Of a stretch of 24,000 nucleotides of DNA, positions 9,360-16,279 are shown piece by piece. Position 1 is the first letter of the stretch. Every line of letters begins with the position of its first letter. The notes beneath the pieces are model-generated. The model saw only the letters and a list, made by a program, of their open reading frames with translations. It did no database searches and was not told where the DNA came from. The position numbers and the translations under genes were made by a program. The stretch comes from Brumicola blandensis (GTDB lineage Bacteria; Pseudomonadota; Gammaproteobacteria; Enterobacterales; Alteromonadaceae): positions 168,412 to 192,411 of the forward strand of contig NZ_JAVRIE010000006.1 of assembly GCF_031846165.1 (NCBI RefSeq), written 5' to 3'.

Positions 9360-10580
9360 TCATGTTTCATGTTTCTTGCCGAATTGCACCGCAAAGAAAG
9401 ACAATACTGAAAATACTAAAAATCCCAAAGCAATTGGCGTCAAATCTTTATCTAAGAACTGATTGATGAATGTTGCTATAGGCACCGCTAACAAACTAGT
9501 AAAAGAGCCAATAAAAGCAGCACCTAAACCAGCAATATGGCCTACTGGTAGCATCGCCATGGCATTCAGGTTGCCAAAGAGCATACCGATAAAAAAGAAA
9601 CCAAAAAACATAATCCCAATGAACAAGCCCATGGGAGGAATACCGTCATACAGCACTGTGACAACAGTTAAGCTTATACCGAACACCATCGAGAAAAATA
9701 CCGCTTTATCACACAGCGATTGCATGCCCCACTTCATTACCATCATCCCGTTAAATAAGGATGCAAGGCCGATTGAAAAAGCCAATGTTGCAAACACAAG
9801 TGGAAACCATGTTCCAGTGTCATATATTTCTTGGAAGATAGTCTGAGAACCGCTTAAATAGGCGAGGAATGAACCAAAAATAAAACCCATGGCTACTGAA
9901 TATCCCATCACCTGTCGTTGCTTTAACAACCACCAACAAGAACGGAAAAACTGATGCCAAGCAAAGCGCTTCCGCTCAACCCTTGGCAAGGTTTCGCCTT
10001 GACGAAGAAAAAACCATAAGCCTGAAATAACAGCCACTATCCAAAATACAGTGAAAATTTCACGCCAATGAAACTGCTCCATTACTGCTTGTCCTACCAA
10101 TGGCGCTATCATAGGTACTAAGATAAAAATTACCGTGATAAACGACATGACTCTTGCCATGGCATCACCAGCATATTGGTCTCGGATTACCGCCATTGAT
10201 GCAATACGTGGCCCTGATACGCCGAAAGCCTGAACTAAACGCCCAAACAGAAGCACTTCAATTGACTGTGCAAAGTAACAAATAAAAGTACCCATTATAA
10301 AAATGATTAATCCGACTAGAATCGTGAGTCGCCGACCTCGAGCATCAGAGAAAGGTCCGAAGAATATTTGCCCAAGCGCCATGCCACCGAAGAATAAGGA
10401 AATGACCAAATACGTTTGCTGTGTGCTCTGACTGTTGAGATCTTGACCTATAATATCTAAGGCAGGCAACATTGCATCGATGCTCAAGGCAACGAGAGAG
10501 GTCAACAACGCCATAAGGGCGATGAATTCTAGTAGGGGCAATTGCTTTTTGGAGGCTACGCTAACCGCGGCTTGGCTCAT
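9360..10580 (-). CDS. MFS transporter, Bcr/CflA drug-resistance subfamily
   Basis: 406 aa, about 12 TM helices. It carries DAMLPALDIIGQDL near TM1 and MFS motif A (GPFSDARGRRLTILVG), both typical of Bcr/CflA-type exporters. Confidence 0.8.
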   Translation of the reverse strand: MSQAAVSVASKKQLPLLEFIALMALLTSLVALSIDAMLPALDIIGQDLNSQSTQQTYLVISLFFGGMALGQIFFGPFSDARGRRLTILVGLIIFIMGTFICYFAQSIEVLLFGRLVQAFGVSGPRIASMAVIRDQYAGDAMARVMSFITVIFILVPMIAPLVGQAVMEQFHWREIFTVFWIVAVISGLWFFLRQGETLPRVERKRFAWHQFFRSCWWLLKQRQVMGYSVAMGFIFGSFLAYLSGSQTIFQEIYDTGTWFPLVFATLAFSIGLASLFNGMMVMKWGMQSLCDKAVFFSMVFGISLTVVTVLYDGIPPMGLFIGIMFFGFFFIGMLFGNLNAMAMLPVGHIAGLGAAFIGSFTSLLAVPIATFINQFLDKDLTPIALGFLVFSVLSFFAVQFGKKHET

Positions 10581-10736
10581 TTATACAGGTTCACAAATAA
10601 TGGTGGTACAAAAAATAGGCGCGAATTGTTCCACAATTCAAGTACAAAGTCATGCCCTACTTGACTAATTACGTGCCTTTACGCTTGTCAAAAAAATTTG
10701 CTTTCGTCGAATCTTCCGTCAGTCTTTTTATTATAC

Positions 10737-10763
10737 TTTAGTTTATAGTTATTTTGTCGATAG
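10737..10763 (+). promoter_or_regulatory. candidate sigma-28 (FliA)-type promoter upstream of the chemoreceptor gene
   Basis: TTTAGTTT-N11-GTCGATAG compared with the enteric consensus TAAAGTTT-N11-GCCGATAA. Each element matches 6 of 8 positions and the 11-nt spacing is exact. The site lies about 110 nt upstream of the ATG at 10874. Chemoreceptor genes are commonly FliA-dependent. Confidence 0.25.
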
Positions 10764-10873
10764 AAATTAGGGCGGATGACGTTTTGCAAACTCACTTTCT
10801 ATCCGTATTTTCTTTAGAGCCATGGACCTTCCGCTTCTGGATGTATTTAGGATAATCGTTTTCGGTATTTTAT

Positions 10874-11224
10874 ATGTTTAATTTTGGTGATTCAGCTTCT
10901 AAACAAGCCCTCAAACAATCAATTGTGGCCGTTGTTAGTATCGACGAAAAAAACAATATTACGTTTTACAATGCGGCCGCTGAAAAACTTTGGGGGTACC
11001 ATCCTAAGGAAGTCTTAGGTCAGAATATTAGGAAGTTAGTCCCAGAGGAGCATAAGTCAAACCATGATGATTATATTGATACTCACCGCGCAACAGGAAA
11101 AGATAAAATAGTAGGAAGCTCTCGTGAAGTTGAGCTACAACGTAAAGACGGAGTAAGGCTGTGGGTTCAGCTTTCTTTGTCTCAAGTTATGGTTAACATT
11201 ATACGGCCTTTGTGCGTGACGTAA
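10874..11224 (+). CDS. fragment 1 of a frameshifted soluble multi-PAS chemoreceptor: FixL-type heme-pocket PAS domain 1
   Basis: The ORF reads normally up to ..LSLSQVMVN. It then leaves the homologous frame and ends in junk (IIRPLCVT*). The expected continuation [16 protein letters not shown] is in the frame of the next ORF. PAS1 aligns with the FixL heme PAS; the aligned proximal-His codon is at 11063-11065. Confidence 0.7.
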   Translation: MFNFGDSASKQALKQSIVAVVSIDEKNNITFYNAAAEKLWGYHPKEVLGQNIRKLVPEEHKSNHDDYIDTHRATGKDKIVGSSREVELQRKDGVRLWVQLSLSQVMVNIIRPLCVT

Positions 11225-12603
11225 CGAGTGAAAGAGAAGCTAGAGAAACTGTAGAGCAGATATTGCAGCAAGCCCTAGATGCCGTTGTATCGATAGATGA
11301 AAACAACCATATTACCTTCTACAATGCTGCCGCTGAAGAACTGTGGGGCTATCGTCACGGCGAGGTTATCGGTAAAAACGTCAAAATGCTCGTGCCTAAG
11401 ATGTTGCAAGCGGAACATGACAACCTAGTGAATGCTAATCGACAAACAGGGCAAGATAAAATTGTTGGCACAAGTCGTGAAGTCAAGATTGAACGCAAAG
11501 ACGGCTCCACCATTTGGGGCCGGCTATCATTATCAAAAATAAAACTTCAAGGACGAACCATTTATACGGCTTTCATCCGCGATGTGACACAAGAAGTTGA
11601 GCAGCGGGAAATGCAGCAAATGCTGTCGCTGGTAGCCAATGAAACAGATAACGCCGTCATTATTAGTGATGCCAAGGGTTTAATTGAATATGTAAACAGT
11701 GGGTTTGAGCGCTTGACCGGTTATGCATTGACGGAAGTAAAAGGTAAGAAACCTGGCAGCTTTTTGCAAGGGCCCGAAACTGACCCCAATGCCGTTGCGA
11801 AGATACGCCATCACTTGCACGAAAGAACCCCATTTTATGATGAAATTTTAAACTATAAAAAAGACGGTAGCCCATATTGGACATCACTGTCTATTAACCC
11901 GGTTATTAAAGACGGTGTTTTACTCAACTATATTGCTGTGCAAGCTGATATCACCAAAGTGAAACAAATGGCCTTAGATTTTACCAATCGACTTAACGCC
12001 ATAGGTGAAGCTTTATGTATGATGGAGCTTGAGCCTGATGGCTCTTTGATAGAGGCAAATGATTTATTACGCAATATTTTAAAACCTAGCTATACAGTTG
12101 AAAGCTTCAGTAAGGAAGTGTTTAGGAACTTATCTTCTATAGAAAAAGATAGGCTTGCCAGCGATGGCTTTTTATCAAAATTAATTGAGGTAGGCCAAGC
12201 TGAACAGCTAAAAGCATTTGATGCACGCTTATGCGTATTGCGCAGTTTCTCGGGTGATATTAGTCGATATGTTTTCTTTGCAACCGACGTTAGCGAACGC
12301 AAGAAGGCTGTTAATCAAACGCAAACTTCAATGGATAGTCTGGTGGGTACCAGCCAAACCATTAGTCAGATTGTGGCAACGATTAATGGAATATCAGAAC
12401 AAACCAACTTGTTAGCATTAAACGCTGCAATTGAAGCTGCGCGCGCAGGAGAAGTTGGTAGAGGCTTTGCTGTTGTTGCTGACGAGGTAAGAACACTTGC
12501 GGGTAATTCAAAAGACTCATCAAACGAAATAAACACCTTGGTAAAAGAAACGGTTTCACAAATTGAGCAATTAGCAGACATGATAAAACGTATAGACAAC
12601 TAA
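11212..12603 (+). CDS. fragment 2 of the same chemoreceptor: FixL-type PAS2, LOV-like PAS3, degenerate PAS4, short MCP signalling hairpin
   Basis: The track start is a GTG with no RBS, and the frame is closed 18 nt upstream by TAA (11194-11196), so an independent start is doubtful. The fragment contains the invariant MCP tip [35 protein letters not shown]. No TM segment is present, so the protein should be cytoplasmic. Restoring one T gives a single product of about 575 aa. Confidence 0.75.
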   Translation: MRDVTSEREARETVEQILQQALDAVVSIDENNHITFYNAAAEELWGYRHGEVIGKNVKMLVPKMLQAEHDNLVNANRQTGQDKIVGTSREVKIERKDGSTIWGRLSLSKIKLQGRTIYTAFIRDVTQEVEQREMQQMLSLVANETDNAVIISDAKGLIEYVNSGFERLTGYALTEVKGKKPGSFLQGPETDPNAVAKIRHHLHERTPFYDEILNYKKDGSPYWTSLSINPVIKDGVLLNYIAVQADITKVKQMALDFTNRLNAIGEALCMMELEPDGSLIEANDLLRNILKPSYTVESFSKEVFRNLSSIEKDRLASDGFLSKLIEVGQAEQLKAFDARLCVLRSFSGDISRYVFFATDVSERKKAVNQTQTSMDSLVGTSQTISQIVATINGISEQTNLLALNAAIEAARAGEVGRGFAVVADEVRTLAGNSKDSSNEINTLVKETVSQIEQLADMIKRIDN

Positions 12604-12769
12604 GCTACCGATTCTGCAATACCGCAAATATAAATGGTGAGGACCACGGCTGAGTTAGCGAGACTAAAACAGCATAGAAGTGTTTTTGATGAGCTTCTTA
12701 GGCGGTATCGAGACATTTCCGACCAAAGTCGGAAATGACGAGTTCACCTAAGGTTGGCTAGCAGAAGAG

Positions 12770-14743
12770 CTATTTTAGGTGTTCTGCTAAAAACGCGTCC
12801 ATTGCCCTGAAGAAAGCTTGACGATTCTTAGAGTTAGACAAGTAATGGTCGCCGTCTTTCAGCTCAAGGTATTCCACATCTTTACCTAAATTTTCGAGTG
12901 TCGACGCGTAGATACGCGACTGCTCAATGTTCACGACATCATCGTACTCGCCATGTGCTAGCAAGGTGCTCGCAGTTATTTTCTCGGCATTGTGCAAAGG
13001 AGAGCGTTTTTTTAAATCACTTGTATCGTCACCAATTTGATTTTTAGCAATAAGCTCGCCACCAAGGAAGTCGTTTCTTTGTCTTTTGACTCTTTTGAAC
13101 AAGTCGGTAACACCGGCAAAGCTCACGGCACATTTAAATAAATTAGGCGTTTTTACGGTTGCCATTGTGGCGGCATAACCACCATAACTCGCACCAGCAA
13201 TACACATCTTGTTCTTGTCAGCATAGCCTTCCGCTATCATCCAATTTGCCGCATCGCTCAAATCATCCTGCATCTGCAAACCCCATGCGCGCATTTGTGC
13301 CTCTGAAAAATCAAGACCAAAGCCGCTAGAACCTCTGAAATTTGGCTGAATGACCGCATACCCCCGACTAGCAAAGAATTGTGCCCAATAATCGAAGCCA
13401 CCAGTATCTCTAGCGCCTGGTCCACCGTGCGGATGAACAATTAAGGGATAGGGTGCCTTGCCAGCTTTTGGCAGGGTAATAAAGGCTTCAATTTCTAATC
13501 CATCCCGCGCTTTGTAAACGACGCGTTTAGACGTAGATAAAACATTCGGATCAATCTTGGCATATTCGCCAAACAAGTAATTCAAACTTCCTTTGTCGCG
13601 GTCACCGATGTAGAAGCGACCTGGCGTATTAGATGATTGGCTATACATCAAATACTTTCGCTGATCTATGCTGGTATTGAGTAAATAATTAGACTGATCT
13701 GGTATGGCATTGGCCAGGGCATCATGCAAGGCATAATCTTTTGTATCAAAGAAGTGGATACCATGCCTCGCACTGCGATGATTTACACCAATCACTTCAC
13801 CTGTAAGAGTAGATCGCACCAGGCTGCCATCAACGTCATATTCGTCGTGACTGTAGACCAGCGTTTCTTGCATCGTATCTAACGCAACTTTATACAATGC
13901 CAAGTGGTAGCCCTTGTATTTAGTGATATATAGAACGTTCGGGTCAAGACCGAAGCCTTGAACGTAAATCACTTTTGATGGGTCTTCTATCGGCCGAAAT
14001 GTATAAATTTTACGCCAGCTGTCATCGTTTGTTTTACGCTCATAAATGATCGACTCGCCGGTTTCATAGTCAAATGCTTCGCCAATCCGAAGCCTGCCTT
14101 GTTGGTCAGTCGTCCAGTCACGAATATTGTGCTTGCCCATCTCAACAGTGCTGCTTTTGCCCGTTTTGAGATTTACTTTGTACACAGACGGCATACCAAA
14201 AGTATGATTATCGATCGCGGCAAGAATGTGGTCAGCGTCGCTCTTTAGCATATCAACAACAATGTCACCAATTTGGCTATCTCGCTGGCGCTGACCTCTT
14301 GCTTCACGATTACGCTTTGGCGCAAGTAAAAAGACAGGATCTTGGTCGGCTTCATCATACTTCAACGACATCATACGTGTGTGAGTATAGCGAGAAGAAC
14401 CTTTGCGCGTTAGAAACCGAAGGCTGACCAGTAAAGTATCCTCGTTCGCCCATTGAAACCAGCGAAAACCAACCGTTTCGTTATCTGAACTAAACAACAA
14501 GGTTTGCTTACCGGTTTTGAAATCATAGGTTGCTAATAACGAGCGATGCTCTGGGTGCGTCACATTTTTTATGAAGGCTATCTTGGTGCCCGAAGGTGAC
14601 AGCTGTGGACCTTCATATTCAGGCAAAGCACCGAATACTTCAGCTGGGATCTGTTGAGCTTGTGCAAAGCTATTAGCGCTAAATAGCGCACTAGAACTCA
14701 ACACTAATAAGAATAAAAAAGAAAGGATGACTTTGTTAGTCAT
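12770..14743 (-). CDS. secreted S9-family serine peptidase (prolyl oligopeptidase / dipeptidyl-peptidase type)
   Basis: Signal peptide (ILSFLFLLVLSSSALFSANSFA), a long N-terminal propeller-like region, and a C-terminal alpha/beta hydrolase. The nucleophile elbow is GASYGGYA, with candidate Asp (HGEYDDVV) and His (GDHYL). The track start at 14752 is a TTG placed 1 nt after the SD sequence. I prefer the ATG at 14743, with AAGGA 10 nt upstream. Confidence 0.85.
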   Translation of the reverse strand: MTNKVILSFLFLLVLSSSALFSANSFAQAQQIPAEVFGALPEYEGPQLSPSGTKIAFIKNVTHPEHRSLLATYDFKTGKQTLLFSSDNETVGFRWFQWANEDTLLVSLRFLTRKGSSRYTHTRMMSLKYDEADQDPVFLLAPKRNREARGQRQRDSQIGDIVVDMLKSDADHILAAIDNHTFGMPSVYKVNLKTGKSSTVEMGKHNIRDWTTDQQGRLRIGEAFDYETGESIIYERKTNDDSWRKIYTFRPIEDPSKVIYVQGFGLDPNVLYITKYKGYHLALYKVALDTMQETLVYSHDEYDVDGSLVRSTLTGEVIGVNHRSARHGIHFFDTKDYALHDALANAIPDQSNYLLNTSIDQRKYLMYSQSSNTPGRFYIGDRDKGSLNYLFGEYAKIDPNVLSTSKRVVYKARDGLEIEAFITLPKAGKAPYPLIVHPHGGPGARDTGGFDYWAQFFASRGYAVIQPNFRGSSGFGLDFSEAQMRAWGLQMQDDLSDAANWMIAEGYADKNKMCIAGASYGGYAATMATVKTPNLFKCAVSFAGVTDLFKRVKRQRNDFLGGELIAKNQIGDDTSDLKKRSPLHNAEKITASTLLAHGEYDDVVNIEQSRIYASTLENLGKDVEYLELKDGDHYLSNSKNRQAFFRAMDAFLAEHLK

Positions 14744-14883
14744 AATTAACAATCCTTGTTAAATAAGTGGACACTTTTGATAGAGCTCATCATATCCCAA
14801 GGACTTTGCAAAGTCATTATAAGGTAAACTCAATGTGTCTATTTGCATTTACGCTAACTCACAAATCGTCTTGCACAACAGGC

Positions 14884-15597
14884 TCACGTGTTTAATTGCC
14901 TGACACGACTAAATAACTTTGCTTTGTAAAGTAGCGTTTTGCGATGGTAAAAATTGTCGTCGATATGCACCGGATCTTCGGTTCTAAAGTCTCCGCCCCA
15001 TCGCAAGTGTTCATCAGCTCGAATATCGTCAATGAAGGCACCTATCGCGGGAGGAAGGTTGGTAATATTATTTCGGCGAAGCGCCCTCGAGTTGAATAAC
15101 TTCCCATCTAACATCAAGTTCATATCAATTGCATGACCAATGAAATGGCAGCTTCGGGTTGCAGGCGGCACAATCGCACCTTGAACTTGTTGATTAATAC
15201 TGCGCGTGGAAGAGGTGACATAAATCTTCAAGTCACGCGCTTTCGCAAACTCGTTGACCTTATTCAAGTGAGCAGCAAAGTCGCGATCTACCTTCACTGC
15301 GCTGCCAACGAACTGTGACGCTGTATACTCCATCAATTCAAATTCATCAGACGGTGAGTCGATGCTAGCTTGGAGCTTCTCACCATCGGTTTCAACAAAC
15401 TGTCGAGTGTCAGGCAAACTCTCTACATAATCACCATGCACAAAGCCGAGTTTTCCAGTCGAGGTTTTCACTCGATAGAAAGTGACTTCATCAATAATAT
15501 CCAGGATATCGTTATGCTTGAGCAAACCCACTTTTTCACCGTTCGGTTTTTCTCTCAGATTCAAACCAGAGTTTGACTTAACTCTACCTCGCTTCAT
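14884..15597 (-). CDS. SH3b-domain + LAS/M15-type zinc peptidoglycan peptidase (endolysin-like), no signal peptide
   Basis: The N-terminal bacterial SH3 pattern is GLNLREKPNGEKVGLLKHNDILDIID..FYRVKTSTGKLGFVHGDYVE. The C-terminal domain has an exact S-x-H-x-x-G-x-A-x-D zinc motif (SCHFIGHAID, 15121-15160) and WGGDFRTEDPVHID (WGG...D-x-x-H). This matches the VanY / L-Ala-D-Glu peptidase (M15) signature. The start lies 5 nt after the stop of the upstream holin-like gene. Confidence 0.7.
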   Translation of the reverse strand: MKRGRVKSNSGLNLREKPNGEKVGLLKHNDILDIIDEVTFYRVKTSTGKLGFVHGDYVESLPDTRQFVETDGEKLQASIDSPSDEFELMEYTASQFVGSAVKVDRDFAAHLNKVNEFAKARDLKIYVTSSTRSINQQVQGAIVPPATRSCHFIGHAIDMNLMLDGKLFNSRALRRNNITNLPPAIGAFIDDIRADEHLRWGGDFRTEDPVHIDDNFYHRKTLLYKAKLFSRVRQLNT

Positions 15598-15602
15598 GTC
15601 AT

Positions 15603-16136
15603 CTACCCTTTTGGTTCTTGATCGACAGCTGAAATCAGGCCTTTCAGACGTGAAGGTTCATTCTTTGATGCACGAATCTTTTGAATTTTCTCTAAGCCAC
15701 GAGAGCCAAAATAGAAACCATAAATGGTTAGCATGATGGTTTGGAAGAAGGGTATCCAGGCTTTAATAGTTTCGTTTTGTTCAGCGGTAAAAGAGGATGT
15801 AAAAATGGTTGAAAATGCTAGCAAGGTAACGACTAAGGTCATGAATATGAGGGTCATCGGGCGAATATTTTTAGACAGCCAACTGTCGCTTTTCATGTCG
15901 ATTTTATGCCGCTCGGTCAGCGACCGTTCAAGATTCTCTTCATATTCTAGGGCCCGTTGGTCGACCTCCATTAGAATTTCTTGCATGCGCACTTTATAAG
16001 CCGTCGTCACCTTTTGCTTTTGAATTTCGGTGAGTGCTAACTCTTCATCGCTGGTAATAAGATCATCTACGGCTTTTCCTACTGACGCCACTACATCTAC
16101 GCCGGTTGAGCTAAATATTCTGCTGAGCCACCCCAT
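15603..16136 (-). CDS. holin-like membrane protein (resembles the '3TM holin for gene-transfer release' family, PF11351, from memory)
   Basis: 177 aa. The N-terminus MGWLSRIFSS is followed by a charged helical region, then SDSWLSKNIRP leading into a TM helix (PMTLIFMTLVVTLLAFSTIF). A second TM helix ends in YGFYFGSRGLEK. This layout and these motifs recall PF11351 holins. A strong RBS (AAGGAG) is present, and the gene sits immediately upstream of the endolysin-like gene. Confidence 0.5.
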   Translation of the reverse strand: MGWLSRIFSSTGVDVVASVGKAVDDLITSDEELALTEIQKQKVTTAYKVRMQEILMEVDQRALEYEENLERSLTERHKIDMKSDSWLSKNIRPMTLIFMTLVVTLLAFSTIFTSSFTAEQNETIKAWIPFFQTIMLTIYGFYFGSRGLEKIQKIRASKNEPSRLKGLISAVDQEPKG

Positions 16137-16279
16137 CTCATATCTCCTTATACTGTGTATAGAAATAGTTTTAGGGAACTCTAAGCTGCAAAAAAGACTG
16201 AATGATGCGAGGGACTACTTCCCTTTGTCTTCTCTATCTTTTGCCATATTGCTCAATTTTTCAACTGTTTTGTGAGATT

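Noticed and set aside
9463-9846. 127-aa plus-strand ORF inside the MFS transporter gene, plus 9278-9466 and 10480-10668
   Set aside because: They are antisense to or overlap the transporter gene, are Lys/Pro/Ile-rich shadow translations, and have no RBS.
11195-11203. Programmed ribosomal frameshift joining the two chemoreceptor ORFs
   Set aside because: There is no slippery heptamer (X XXY YYZ) and no downstream stimulatory structure. The paralogous repeat shows a simple loss of one T from a TTT run, so a mutation or sequencing error is the simpler explanation.
12634-12738. 34-codon plus-strand ORF (MVRTTAELARLKQHRSVFDELLRRYRDISDQSRK) and a 9-bp perfect hairpin (ATTTCCGAC-CAAA-GTCGGAAAT, 12715-12736) in the convergent spacer between the chemoreceptor and the S9 peptidase
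   Set aside because: The ORF has no SD sequence and is packed with rare Arg and Leu codons (AGG, AGA, CGA, CGG, CTA), unlike the neighbouring genes. The hairpin has no U-tract on either strand. It may help 3'-end formation for the convergent genes, but I cannot support a specific call.
14753-16279. Prophage or genomic island around the holin/endolysin pair
   Set aside because: No integrase, structural genes, tRNA or flanking direct repeats are visible. By eye there is no obvious compositional break, though I did not compute one. I therefore describe it as an orphan cassette rather than a mobile element.
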